64,000 bases of DNA from a bacterium (GCA_031551405.1 JAVBNQ010000010.1:1-64000), one strand, 5' to 3'. Shown: positions 51,235 to 61,831, counted from the first letter of the stretch. Notes: a model not told the origin generated them from the letters alone. Numbers and translations: made by a program.

Positions 51235-52503
51235 TTAAATATCTTTAATTTCCAAATTGTCAAGCGGAGCAACTGTCAAAATTTGTTTTGCTTCTTTCGG
51301 ATATTTTGCGATAAAACGTAATTCATCGTTAATAAGCGGTTTTTGAGTGTGAACATTTGCATATCTAGCAAGCTCTAAAACATTATATGCTTCGCTTTCA
51401 GTTTTAAAATCTATCTCAAGCTCTCCATACACATTTCTGAAGCCTTTGATTCCGCCGTATTCACCAGTTGTAATCATGCGACCAGTTTCTATTTTTTCTG
51501 GCTCGCCTCGTCCAAGTTCTTCGAAATCGTAAAGCTCATAATTTCGTCTATCTTTTAAAGCTCCGTCGGCATGAATTCCAGACTCATGCGCAAAAGCATT
51601 TCTTCCAACTCCAGGTTGATTAATTGGAATCGGAACATTGAACGCATATGACGCATATTTCGCTATTTTCCAAGCTTTTGACAAATCGATTTTTTCGTCT
51701 AAAACATATTTTGAATTAGCAAATCCGCTGGATTTTTTTAATGCTAAAATCACAGAAACCAAGTCTGCATTTCCGGCTCTTTCTCCAAGTCCATTGATCG
51801 TCGTGTTAATAAAAGCGTTGACTCCATTATCTATCGCAGCTTTTGCGCCGGAAACGCTCGTAGCTACGACCATTCCTAAATCGTTGTGGCAGTGAAGCTC
51901 AATGTCCATTTTTGTGTTTTTCGCAATATATGCAATGTTATTATAAATCGTAAATGGATCGTCATATCCCAAAGTATCACAATATCTAAAACGATCCGCT
52001 CCAAAATCGCGAGCAGAGGCTGCAAATTCAACCAAAAATTCTAAATCAGTTCTTGAAGCATCCTCGGCATTGATTCCGACGCTTTCAATTCCTAAATCTT
52101 TTGCCATCTTGACAGCGTCGCAAGTATGTTGAATCACTTGTTTTTTATCGATTTTGCCTTTGAATTTATTGCTAATCATTTGGTCAGAAGTTGACATCGA
52201 TAAATTTAAGTATTTTATACCTGGTACTCGCTTTTTAGCTTCTGAAACGTCAGTCGTCACAGCTCGAATCCAACCGCTCAGTCTCATATTTTGCATCACG
52301 CCTTTTTTCGCGAGCTCTAGATTCGCATTCAAATAATTCGTCTCGTGGTTTGTAACAGGAAATCCAAATTCAGATTGATAAACACCCATTTCTGCGAGAT
52401 ACATGTTGATAATTGTCTTCTCAAGTTTCGCCAAACCAAGATTTGCAGTCTGAACTCCGTCTCTATTTGTTACATCTATAATATAAATTTTTTTGTCCAC
52501 CAT
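51235..52503 (-). CDS. Homocitrate-synthase-like DRE-TIM enzyme, probable Re-citrate synthase
   Basis: DVTNRDGVQT, NAEDASR, CDTLG, HCHNDLG, GLGERAGNADL, AFAHESGIHADG. Confidence 0.8.
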   Translation of the reverse strand: MVDKKIYIIDVTNRDGVQTANLGLAKLEKTIINMYLAEMGVYQSEFGFPVTNHETNYLNANLELAKKGVMQNMRLSGWIRAVTTDVSEAKKRVPGIKYLNLSMSTSDQMISNKFKGKIDKKQVIQHTCDAVKMAKDLGIESVGINAEDASRTDLEFLVEFAASARDFGADRFRYCDTLGYDDPFTIYNNIAYIAKNTKMDIELHCHNDLGMVVATSVSGAKAAIDNGVNAFINTTINGLGERAGNADLVSVILALKKSSGFANSKYVLDEKIDLSKAWKIAKYASYAFNVPIPINQPGVGRNAFAHESGIHADGALKDRRNYELYDFEELGRGEPEKIETGRMITTGEYGGIKGFRNVYGELEIDFKTESEAYNVLELARYANVHTQKPLINDELRFIAKYPKEAKQILTVAPLDNLEIKDI

Positions 52504-52551
52504 ATTTTTCCACCTCACTATTTTCTTAAGTTGCTTAGTAAAACAAAGTAT

Positions 52552-53751
52552 TTATTTCAAATCTTTTAAAAAATTCTTAAATCTCTCGACGCCTTCCTTT
52601 ATGTTATTTAGGCCTAGAGCATATGAAAATCTAACGCAATTTTTATCGCCGAATGCATCACCAGGAACAATTGCTATTTTTGCTTCGTCTAATAATATGC
52701 TACAAAAATCTACGGTATTCTCTATCTTTTTCCCATTATAACTTCTGCCAAGATAGTATTTGATGTTTGGAAAAACGTAAAATGCGCCTTCAGGAGCCAA
52801 ACATTTAACGCCTTCGATTGAATTTAGAGCGTGCACGATATAATCGCGTCTCTCACAAAATTTTGACATAATGCTCGCAAAATCAAACGCTATTTCTTGA
52901 CTAAGAGCAGCGTATGATGCTTTTTGAGCTATAGAATTTGCGTTTGAAGTGAGATGACTTTGGATGTCGTCGATTACTTTTGCAATTTCTTCGTCTGCAG
53001 CCAAATATCCTATTCTCCAACCCGTCATAGAAAAAGCTTTTGAAAAGCCGTTAATTACAATCGTTCGTTTTTTAATCTCAGAATTGAAAGACGCAATGGA
53101 AACATGCTTTACGCCGTCGTAAATTATTTTTTCGTAAATTTCATCAGAAATAACGTATAAATTATTTTTTATCGCAATTTCCGCAAGTTTTTCCAAATCT
53201 TCTTTCGGATAAACAGCTCCAGTCGGATTACTTGGGCTATTTACAATAATTAATTTTGTTTTTTTTGTGATCTTAGAGTTAAGCTCGTCAAAATTGATTC
53301 TAAAGCTATCCTCAAATTTTGTCTCAACAACAACCGGTTTACCACCAGCGAGTTTGACTTGATCAATATACGTCACCCAATAAGGACTAAAAATTATCAC
53401 TTCATCGCCGTCATCACAAAGAGCAAAAATTGCGTTAAATAATGAATGCTTAGCTCCATTAGAAACTACAATTTGACTTGGCTTATAACAAAGATTGTTT
53501 TCTTTTTCTAATTTTTCACAAATCGCTTTTCTAAGCTCCAAAATACCGGCATTTGCAGTATATTTTGTAAAACCCTCATCGAGTGCTTTTTTAGCAGCAT
53601 TTTTTATGTATTCCGGAGTGTCAAAATCCGGTTCTCCGGCTCCAAAGGAAATTACCGGAAGCCCTTGTTTTTTTAACTCGTTAGCTTTACTGGTAATCGC
53701 AAGCGTAACAGACGCTGAAATTTCTCTCGCTCTTTTTGACAATAAGCTCAT
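52552..53751 (-). CDS. aspC: Class I PLP aminotransferase (aspartate aminotransferase)
   Basis: GEPDF, NSPSNPTG, SDEIYE, GFSKAFSMTGWRIG. Confidence 0.9.
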   Translation of the reverse strand: MSLLSKRAREISASVTLAITSKANELKKQGLPVISFGAGEPDFDTPEYIKNAAKKALDEGFTKYTANAGILELRKAICEKLEKENNLCYKPSQIVVSNGAKHSLFNAIFALCDDGDEVIIFSPYWVTYIDQVKLAGGKPVVVETKFEDSFRINFDELNSKITKKTKLIIVNSPSNPTGAVYPKEDLEKLAEIAIKNNLYVISDEIYEKIIYDGVKHVSIASFNSEIKKRTIVINGFSKAFSMTGWRIGYLAADEEIAKVIDDIQSHLTSNANSIAQKASYAALSQEIAFDFASIMSKFCERRDYIVHALNSIEGVKCLAPEGAFYVFPNIKYYLGRSYNGKKIENTVDFCSILLDEAKIAIVPGDAFGDKNCVRFSYALGLNNIKEGVERFKNFLKDLK

Positions 53752-53786
53752 TTAATATTTTTTCAACCTCGTTTGGTTTTTAAGTT

Positions 53787-54047
53787 TTATTGAATCGGTT
53801 CAATACTTACAAACTTGCTGTTTTTTTTACCTTTTGTTTCAAAGCCAACTTTCCCTTCGATCATTGCAAAAAGCGTGTGGTCGCGACCAACTCCAACATT
53901 ATTTCCAGCCTTAAATTTAAGCCCGCGCTGTCTAACGATGATGCTACCAGCCGTAACAATTTGTCCGCTGAATCTTTTCACTCCAAGCCGTTTACCAGCA
54001 GAGTCTCTACCGTTCGAGCTACTTCCCTGACTTTTGGTATGTGCCAT
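53787..54047 (-). CDS. rpmA: 50S ribosomal protein L27
   Basis: [29 protein letters not shown]. Confidence 0.98.
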   Translation of the reverse strand: MAHTKSQGSSSNGRDSAGKRLGVKRFSGQIVTAGSIIVRQRGLKFKAGNNVGVGRDHTLFAMIEGKVGFETKGKKNSKFVSIEPIQ

Positions 54048-54094
54048 TGTTTCTCCTATTTAGTTTCTATATCTCGATAGAAACCGGAATTATT

Positions 54095-54412
54095 TTATCC
54101 TAAAAGTATTTCTTTAATTTGAATTTCCGTGTAATCTTGCCTGTGTCCTTGCATTTTATCATAACTTTTTCGTCTTTTTTTCTTGAAAACTAAAATTTTC
54201 TTGTCTCTATCTTGATTTAAAACTTTTGCGGTTACCTTAGCATTTTCGATATAAGGCGCGCCAATACTTAATTCTCCATCGCTATTTTTGATAAGCATTA
54301 CTTTTGTAAATTCGATTTCATCTCCTATTTCGTTATCTAATTTATCTATTCGTACTACTTCATTTACCTCAATCTTTTGCTGTTTTCCTTCGAGATCTAT
54401 TACGGCGTACAT
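54095..54412 (-). CDS. rplU: 50S ribosomal protein L21
   Basis: MYAVI...GKQ, FKKKRRK.Y....GHRQ.YT. Confidence 0.98.
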   Translation of the reverse strand: MYAVIDLEGKQQKIEVNEVVRIDKLDNEIGDEIEFTKVMLIKNSDGELSIGAPYIENAKVTAKVLNQDRDKKILVFKKKRRKSYDKMQGHRQDYTEIQIKEILLG

Positions 54413-54439
54413 ACGTGCCTCCTAAAAAATAAGTTTGCT

Positions 54440-54468
54440 ATTATAATTACTACATTTGTTAATGTCAA
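54440..54468 (-). promoter_or_regulatory. Consensus sigma70 promoter for rplU-rpmA
   Basis: Minus strand TTGACA (54463-68), 17 nt, TATAAT (54440-45). Confidence 0.85.
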
Positions 54469-54703
54469 CTTTTTTTAATAACTTTAATTGCAATAAAAAA
54501 ACATAAATTTCTCGATACAAATTCTGAATTTAAAATTTGATTCTATTAATCTCTTAAATATTACGTTATTCTACTGCTCTCAATGTTTCACAAAACTTTT
54601 TTCAAATTTAAAAAAAAATTAAATTCTCTACAAGTTTGAAAACTTTACAAAACAAATCTATTTATGCTAGATTTTACAAATTTTTTAATAAAAACAAACT
54701 AAA

Positions 54704-55492
54704 ATGAATTCAATAAAAAACAATCTTGAAATTTTACAAGAAAACATCCGCAAAATCTGCAAAACTACGGATACAAATCCCGACGATATAATAACGATCG
54801 GCGTTTCAAAAACCATAGAAATTGAAAAAATTAAAGAATCGATAGATTCAGGACTTTGGATTTTCGGCGAAAATAAAGTCCAGGAAGCGGAACAAAAAGT
54901 TGAAATTTTACGCGTTTATGCTCGTGAGAAGAACATTAAAAATTTCCAATATTTTCTGATTGGACATCTGCAAAAAAACAAAGCCAAAAAAGCTGTTAAA
55001 ATTTTTGATATGATTCAATCCGTTGATAGCCTCGAATTATTGCGAGAAATCAATAAATACGCAAAAAAAAACGACAAAATCCAAGACGTTTTAATTCAAA
55101 TTAATGCAAGCAGTGAGACGACAAAATCCGGCATTGAATTCGAAAACGCAGAAGCTTTTTTTGACGAAGTTCTAAAGCAAGAAAATGCGGATTTCCAAAA
55201 CGTAAAAATTTTAGGTTTAATGACAATAGGCCCTTTAACGGATGACATAAATATAATTGACGATTGTTTCAAAAGAACAAAAAAGCTTTTTGACTCGCTA
55301 AAATTTAATCAAAACCACAAAAGTTCTAAAATTATCGATCTAAAATATTTATCGATGGGCATGAGCAGCGACTATGAGCTTGCGATAAAAAACGGCAGCA
55401 ATATGATTCGCGTCGGGCAAGCGATCTTCGGAAAAAGAAATTACGCTGAATCAAATTTTAAGAAAGAAGCAACTCTGACGGAGGAAATTTGA
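54704..55492 (+). CDS. yggS: PLP homeostasis protein
   Basis: VSKT, FGENKVQE, IGHLQKNK, GLMTI, LSMGMSSDY..AI..GS.MIRVG. Confidence 0.95.
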   Translation: MNSIKNNLEILQENIRKICKTTDTNPDDIITIGVSKTIEIEKIKESIDSGLWIFGENKVQEAEQKVEILRVYAREKNIKNFQYFLIGHLQKNKAKKAVKIFDMIQSVDSLELLREINKYAKKNDKIQDVLIQINASSETTKSGIEFENAEAFFDEVLKQENADFQNVKILGLMTIGPLTDDINIIDDCFKRTKKLFDSLKFNQNHKSSKIIDLKYLSMGMSSDYELAIKNGSNMIRVGQAIFGKRNYAESNFKKEATLTEEI

Positions 55493-58400
55493 AATTTATC
55501 GCTGATTTTCATATACACTCGCACTATTCGTTAGCGACGAGCAAAAACTTGGTTCCAGACCAGCTCGACTATTGGGCAAAACTAAAAGGCGTGGACGTAA
55601 TCGCGACCGGAGATTGCATTCATCCCGGCTGGCTTTCGGAGCTGAAAAAAAAATTATCTGAAAACGGAACCGGGCTTCTCAGCCTCAAACCTGAATTTTC
55701 ACTCCAAAATACCTCCCCCAATCTTTTTCTCCCAAAAAAACTTCAAAAAGAAACAAGCTTTATTTTAACGACGGAAATAAGCAGTATCTATAAAAAAAAC
55801 GGAAAAGTTCGAAAAGTTCATAATTTATGCGTTTTTCCGAATTTCGCCGCAGCAGAAAAATTTCAAAAACGCCTCGATAAAATTGGAAACATTCGCTCTG
55901 ACGGAAGACCGATTCTAGGTCTCGATTCGAAAAATTTGCTTGAGATTTTGCTCGAAACTGATGACAAAGCGTTTTTGATTCCGGCTCATATTTGGACTCC
56001 ATGGTTTTCAGTTCTAGGCTCAAAATCAGGATTTGACTCAATCGACGAATGCTATGAAGACTTGACACAACATATTTTTGCTCTGGAAACCGGGCTTTCG
56101 AGCGACCCTCCAATGAATAGAGTCTGTTCGTTTTTGGATAAATTCAACCTCGTTTCGAATTCAGATGCGCATTCACCGGAGAAAATTGGTAGAGAAGCGA
56201 ATATTTTCGACTGCGAAAAAACTTTTTCAGGAATTTATGACGCTTTAAAATTTGACAAAGGTTTCGTCGGGACAATTGAATTTTTTCCTCAAGAAGGCAA
56301 GTATCATTACGACGGGCATCGAAAATGCAACATTTGTTTCACTCCGCTCGAGACGATCAATCACAATGGAATTTGTCCGATTTGTCACACTCCACTAGTG
56401 AAAGGCGTGATGTACCGAGTAGCGGAATTGGCAGATAGAGACGAACCTATAAACAAGAAAAAATTTTATTCTATCACATCGCTTCCCGATATAATTTCAG
56501 AAATAACCGGTAAAAGTACGTCGAGTAATGCCTGCAAAATCGAATATTTCAAAATTTTGGAAAAAATCGGCAGCGATTTTCATACTTTGCTTTTTAGCGA
56601 TTTGACGAAGATTAGCGAGACAAATTTTCTTCTCGGTGAAGCGATAAAACGTCTTAGAAATGGTAATGTAAAAATCAAAAGTGGATACGACGGAGAATTC
56701 GGCGAGATCAAAATGTTTGATAAATCCGAAATCGAAAATTTACAAAATATTTCGCTATTTTCTGACGAAGCAATTAAAAATAAAAAACGTACGAGCCTCG
56801 ATTTTAATATAAAAAACTTTAAGTTCGAAGCAAAACTTCACAAAGCGACTCTAAACGACAAAAAACCTGACTTCTCAAAATACGTCGACCTTAGCGACAT
56901 ACAAAAAATAATTATCAATCATCAAGACGGTCCGATTATGGCGATCGCAGGTCCGGGAACCGGCAAAACGAGTGTGCTAGTCGAGAGGATCGCGATGCTC
57001 GTTCGCAATGGAATTGATCAAGGGAATATCCTCGCGATCACTTTTTCCAATAAAGCTGCCGAAGAAATTAAAACGAGACTTGCGGAAAAAATAATTCATC
57101 TCGGAGTAAATACTTCAACTTTTCACAAACTTGGGCTGAAAATCATATCAGAAAATTTAGAAAAAACCGGACGAGAAAAAAACTTTTTTATTGTTGATGA
57201 CGAAGATAAATTGCAAATTTTAAAAGAAATTTTTCCAGACAAAAAATCTGTAAATAAAATTCTAAAAAATATTTCGTTTTACAAACAAGGCATCAAAGTT
57301 TTGCCGGAAAAACTTGAAAACGAGGACGAATTTGAGATGATTTTAAATCAGTACAATTCTCGCCTCAAAAAAATGAATGCATTTGATTTAGACGATTTAA
57401 TTTTTCACGCAGAACAGATCCTCACAAATAATCCGGAAATTAAAGAAAATTACAAAAAAAAGTTTAAGTACATTTTAGTCGACGAATATCAAGATATAAA
57501 CGCAAAACAGTATGAACTGATTTTAGCGCTTTTGCCGAGAACGTCACCAAACTTATTCGTGATAGGAGATCCGGACCAAGCGATTTATGGGTTTCGCGGC
57601 TCCGACAAAAGTTTTGTCGCAAAACTCGAACGCGATTTCCCAAATATAAAAAAAATTAAACTCGAGAAAAGCTACAGATGTCCAAACAATATTTTGCAGC
57701 TCGGAAGCCAAATTTTAAAGAAAGAAAATTCCCTCGAAGGCCAAGAAAGCGAAATTATCACAGAAATTTGCGAATGCGACACAGACTCTGATGAAGCAAA
57801 AATGATCGCTGAAAAAATCGACGAACTAATCGGCGGAATCAGAAGTTTATCGCTTCATCAAACCAAAAAACGAAAATCAAGGCTTGAGCCAAGAGTGAAA
57901 TCGTTCTCAGACTTCGCAGTTCTTTGCAGGACTACGAAAATTTTTGAAAGCATCGCAAAAAAGCTAAAATCAAAATCAATTCCATTTCAAATAGTCGGAC
58001 AAGCGAATTTTTATCAAGAAAAAACTTACAAAAATTTAGTGAAAAAATTTCGAGATTTTTATTTTGAAATTGAGATAGACCTCGATATAAAAAATTTATT
58101 TCAAAAGAACGCGAATCTTTTGGAAATTTTCGAAAGAATTCTCGAAAATTTTGATTTTGCAAAAATAAAAACCGATGAAAATTACAACAATTTTAAAAAA
58201 ATTCTTGAAAATTACAAAGCAAATTACACGGATTTTTTGCGAGATATTTTTTTAAATTCACCCGTTGATGATATAGATTTTAAAGAAGAAAGTGTAAAAA
58301 TAATGACAATGCATGCGTCGAAAGGCTTGGAGTTTGAAGCAGTTTTTATTCCGGGTTGCGAGGAAGGCATTATTCCTCTCGAAATTTTTGGTCCAAAAAC

Positions 58401-58620
58401 AAAAGACGAGCTGGATGAAGAAAATCGACTTTTTTATGTCGCAGCCACTCGTTCAAAAAAATATTTGATCTTGTCATACTCAAAAAAACGTTTTATCGAA
58501 GGAAGACTGCTGAACTTGCAAAAAAGTTCGATTTTGGATAGATTCGAAAAAAATTTATTTGAACAAAAAAAAATAGAAATAAAAAACAATAAACAAATTC
58601 TATTTGATTTTTTGAAGTAA
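55489..58620 (+). CDS. EndoQ-like PHP nuclease fused to UvrD/PcrA-type SF1 helicase
   Basis: N-terminal DFHIHSHYS, TGD, PAHIWTPWFS, ETGLSSD, NSDAHS, GKYHYDGHRKC..CPIC; C-terminal AGPGTGKT, VDEYQD, GDPDQAIYGFRG, MTMHASKGLEF, EENRLFYVAATRS. Confidence 0.9.
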   Translation: MKFIADFHIHSHYSLATSKNLVPDQLDYWAKLKGVDVIATGDCIHPGWLSELKKKLSENGTGLLSLKPEFSLQNTSPNLFLPKKLQKETSFILTTEISSIYKKNGKVRKVHNLCVFPNFAAAEKFQKRLDKIGNIRSDGRPILGLDSKNLLEILLETDDKAFLIPAHIWTPWFSVLGSKSGFDSIDECYEDLTQHIFALETGLSSDPPMNRVCSFLDKFNLVSNSDAHSPEKIGREANIFDCEKTFSGIYDALKFDKGFVGTIEFFPQEGKYHYDGHRKCNICFTPLETINHNGICPICHTPLVKGVMYRVAELADRDEPINKKKFYSITSLPDIISEITGKSTSSNACKIEYFKILEKIGSDFHTLLFSDLTKISETNFLLGEAIKRLRNGNVKIKSGYDGEFGEIKMFDKSEIENLQNISLFSDEAIKNKKRTSLDFNIKNFKFEAKLHKATLNDKKPDFSKYVDLSDIQKIIINHQDGPIMAIAGPGTGKTSVLVERIAMLVRNGIDQGNILAITFSNKAAEEIKTRLAEKIIHLGVNTSTFHKLGLKIISENLEKTGREKNFFIVDDEDKLQILKEIFPDKKSVNKILKNISFYKQGIKVLPEKLENEDEFEMILNQYNSRLKKMNAFDLDDLIFHAEQILTNNPEIKENYKKKFKYILVDEYQDINAKQYELILALLPRTSPNLFVIGDPDQAIYGFRGSDKSFVAKLERDFPNIKKIKLEKSYRCPNNILQLGSQILKKENSLEGQESEIITEICECDTDSDEAKMIAEKIDELIGGIRSLSLHQTKKRKSRLEPRVKSFSDFAVLCRTTKIFESIAKKLKSKSIPFQIVGQANFYQEKTYKNLVKKFRDFYFEIEIDLDIKNLFQKNANLLEIFERILENFDFAKIKTDENYNNFKKILENYKANYTDFLRDIFLNSPVDDIDFKEESVKIMTMHASKGLEFEAVFIPGCEEGIIPLEIFGPKTKDELDEENRLFYVAATRSKKYLILSYSKKRFIEGRLLNLQKSSILDRFEKNLFEQKKIEIKNNKQILFDFLK

Positions 58621-58687
58621 TTTTATTATAAATTAAACTAATTGCTTTCTTAAAATTTTCTTTTTGATAAAGAAATGAGGAGGTTCA

Positions 58688-59083
58688 ATGTTTTTTTTGA
58701 TAGTTTTATGCGTGGCATTTTTATGGTTTTTCATTGAAACTTTAAAATATTTTATATTTTCAGCTTCCCTTCGAGAACAATACTCCTGGATAAAAACTTA
58801 TAGCAACAAACTCGTTTATTTGTTAGTAAGTTTTATTATCAATCTTTTCAAATCTTTACTTTTGTGCATCGCTTTCTCTATCATCTATCCAATTTTCAGC
58901 GAAACCGTTTTTCTAGCTGGGATTTCATTTTTCATATTGATTCTTTTCATAAAAATCATCCCGGAAATTGTGTTAGTCCTATTCAGCCTTAAAATTCCCA
59001 AAAAATATTTTGTATTTGAAATTATGTTCAATATTGTTGAATATTTTTCAATTTGTATTTTGATCACTTACCTGACTCTCTAG
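58688..59083 (+). CDS. Hypothetical membrane protein (~4 TM)
   Basis: GAGGAGG RBS, hydrophobic ORF. Confidence 0.65.
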   Translation: MFFLIVLCVAFLWFFIETLKYFIFSASLREQYSWIKTYSNKLVYLLVSFIINLFKSLLLCIAFSIIYPIFSETVFLAGISFFILILFIKIIPEIVLVLFSLKIPKKYFVFEIMFNIVEYFSICILITYLTL

Positions 59084-59094
59084 TCGAAATCGCA

Positions 59095-60525
59095 ATGAAC
59101 CTAAGCATAAACCAAATCTCAAAACTCTTCAATCTTCTTCCAATAAACCCTGACTCAGCTCGAACACAAATCGAAACTGTAAGTACAAACTCAAAAAATA
59201 TTCCTCAAAACTGTTTATTTGTAGCGCTAAAAGGCGAAAAATTTGATGCTCACGATTTCCTCGAAGAAGCCAAACAAGCCAACGCTTTGATTCTAGAAAA
59301 AAATATTTTCGAAATCAAGACTGAAAAATACAAAAATTTTGTGTTGGCAAACCTAAAAAATATATTTTTTGTAGACGATTCTTTAACAGCTCTTCAACAA
59401 CTCGCCAAATTTTATCTCTCGACAAAAAATCTCACAAAAATCGCAATAACTGGCAGCGTCGGCAAAACGACGACAAAAGACGTTTTGTTTAATACATCAA
59501 AATTTTTCTTCAACTCGATCGCGACAAAAGGAAATCTTAATAACCACATCGGTTTGCCGCTCAGTATTTTCGAAATTTCCGATGACAACGAGCTTTGCAT
59601 CCTCGAGATGGGCATAAATCAGCCGCACGAAATGCAAAACCTAGCTGACATCGTCAAGCCAAATATCGGAATAATAACAAACATCGGGAATTCACATCTA
59701 AAATATTTGAAAGACAAAGGCGGAGTTTTGAACGCAAAATGGCAACTCGTCGATAAAATCAAAAAAAATGGGTTCCTTTTAGTAAATGGAGATGATGAAA
59801 AATTGAACAAAAAAGCTGTAGAAGAAAAAGAAAATTTACTCACAAAAAACGTAAAAATTATAAAAGTTGGACACAGCAAAAACAATGACTTTTTCGGCGA
59901 AATCGTAAATTTTGAAAATGATATGCAAACCCTAAAAATTTACGAAAAAAGCTCGATAAAATCCTCAACATTTGATTTCAAGATTCTTGGAGAAGCAGGT
60001 TTTTATTCAGCGATTTTTTGTTTTGCGGTTTTAAGATGCCTTAACATCGATGGGAAAAAAATTGCGGAGGCTTTAGCGAATTTTTGCGAGCGATCATCAA
60101 AACGTTTTGAGAGAAAAATTATCGGAAACGTCGAAGTTATAAACGATGCTTACAACGCAAATCCGGATTCTATGAACGAGGCGCTTCTTGTTTTCGAAAA
60201 ATTAAAAAGTAAAAATAAAAAAATTGCTATACTCGGAGACATGCTTGAACTCGGCGATGATTCTGAAATTGAACACCGAAAACTCGCAAGACTTTTATCA
60301 CAAATATCGCTAGATTTTATTTTTTTGCACGGAGAAAATTGCCTTTTTACTTTAAATGAATTACAAAAACTGCAAAATAAAAAAAATTTTTTTTGGTCAA
60401 ATAATAAGGACGTGCTCGCCACAGAAATAAAAAAAAATTTAAAACCAAACGATTTAATTTTACTAAAAGCTTCAAGAGGGATGAAATTAGAATTGGTTGA
60501 AGAATTGCTGTTTAGGAAAGACTAG
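59095..60525 (+). CDS. murF: UDP-MurNAc-tripeptide--D-Ala-D-Ala ligase
   Basis: LFVALKGEKFDAHDF, ITGSVGKTTTK, NLNNHIGLP, NDAYNANPDSM, LGDMLELG, KASRGM. Confidence 0.96.
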   Translation: MNLSINQISKLFNLLPINPDSARTQIETVSTNSKNIPQNCLFVALKGEKFDAHDFLEEAKQANALILEKNIFEIKTEKYKNFVLANLKNIFFVDDSLTALQQLAKFYLSTKNLTKIAITGSVGKTTTKDVLFNTSKFFFNSIATKGNLNNHIGLPLSIFEISDDNELCILEMGINQPHEMQNLADIVKPNIGIITNIGNSHLKYLKDKGGVLNAKWQLVDKIKKNGFLLVNGDDEKLNKKAVEEKENLLTKNVKIIKVGHSKNNDFFGEIVNFENDMQTLKIYEKSSIKSSTFDFKILGEAGFYSAIFCFAVLRCLNIDGKKIAEALANFCERSSKRFERKIIGNVEVINDAYNANPDSMNEALLVFEKLKSKNKKIAILGDMLELGDDSEIEHRKLARLLSQISLDFIFLHGENCLFTLNELQKLQNKKNFFWSNNKDVLATEIKKNLKPNDLILLKASRGMKLELVEELLFRKD

Positions 60526-60751
60526 CACTAGTCGAAGTTACTTTAATTTTCAGAAAATGCATTCTTATACTTTTTTGGTGCGATTTAATTCTAGTAGACG
60601 CAAAAATACTTTATTTTTATCAAACACGAAAGTATTCCCAAAAATCCAGCCATCCAAAACTCTTATTCCCTTCAAAAAATCCATTAAAATTCTTCTGCAA
60701 AATTTTGGACTCAACAAAACGCTTTTTAAATTTTATACATGAAAATTTAGG

Positions 60752-61807
60752 TTACTTTTGAAACAAATTTTCTATCTCTCTCACAACTGCCGAAACCGTT
60801 ATGTCGTTCATACACTTGAAATGCCTTCTTGGACAAGAATAGCCTCCATGCATTCCACATGGCCTGCATTTGAGATTTACCTCGATAATTTTTGCGTTTT
60901 CATTATACGGATAAAACCCAAGTCCTTTTGTCGTTGGCCCAAAAATCGCAATCACATTCCGCTCCATCGCACTGGCTATATGCATTGGCCCGGAGTCATT
61001 CGTCACATAAACGAACAAATGCCGTATTATTGTGACGAGTTCTTTAATGTTTGTTTTACCGATAAGATTGATGATATTTTTAGAATTTTGCTTGAAATTT
61101 AAATAATTATCGAGAAGAAAATCTTCTTTATTCCCAAAAACGATGATTTTGTAATTTTTTTTATCAAGCTCATTTATCAACTCGACAAACCTCGAGATTG
61201 GCCATTTTTTTGTTGGCCATTTTGAACCCGAGTGAATTCCAATAATTTTATGACCTACAAAATCTTTTTCGTTTAGCAAATCGTTTATTTTTTTCTCGTA
61301 AACATTGTTGTACGGAAAATAAATGCTTTTATCGAATTTAGAATTGCTAAATTCCTCCAAAAAACATAAATTTCTCTCCAAATCATGCAAATTTCTCTGA
61401 TATTTTATAATTTTCGTATAAAACATTCTTGCAGAGGATCTGGTAAATCCCCATCTATGTGGAATTTTGGCAAAATATGCTGAAAATGCGCTCCTGAATG
61501 ACCGATGCGGAATGATCGCCCAATCTATCGACAAAAGTTTTAAGTTATCGATCAAACGAAAAAAATTAACTAAGCCTTTGTCAGCACCTTTTTTGTCATA
61601 AACTATAATTTCGTCAATTGATTTTTGTTCTTCGAGAATGGTTTTGCCGACTGGAGTAGTTAAAACATAAATTTTTTTGTCTGGAAAAAGTTGTCTCAAA
61701 TTATTGAATAGAGGGATTGTGAGGACAGTGTCACCTAAAAAAGCTGTTTGAATGATTAAAATTTTTTTTATATTGCTTATGTCAAATTTATTTTTTAGTT
61801 TTTGCAT
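60752..61807 (-). CDS. waaF: LPS heptosyltransferase (GT9, WaaF-like)
   Basis: QTAFLGD, GS.WPTKKWP, NDSGPMHIA, FGPT, CRPC..HG...CP..HFKCM. Confidence 0.8.
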   Translation of the reverse strand: MQKLKNKFDISNIKKILIIQTAFLGDTVLTIPLFNNLRQLFPDKKIYVLTTPVGKTILEEQKSIDEIIVYDKKGADKGLVNFFRLIDNLKLLSIDWAIIPHRSFRSAFSAYFAKIPHRWGFTRSSARMFYTKIIKYQRNLHDLERNLCFLEEFSNSKFDKSIYFPYNNVYEKKINDLLNEKDFVGHKIIGIHSGSKWPTKKWPISRFVELINELDKKNYKIIVFGNKEDFLLDNYLNFKQNSKNIINLIGKTNIKELVTIIRHLFVYVTNDSGPMHIASAMERNVIAIFGPTTKGLGFYPYNENAKIIEVNLKCRPCGMHGGYSCPRRHFKCMNDITVSAVVREIENLFQK

Positions 61808-61831
61808 ACCAAAATTTCCGCTATTTTTATC

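Noticed and set aside
51235..52503. nifV / nitrogen fixation
   Set aside because: No nif context, and the N-terminal motif differs from NifV.
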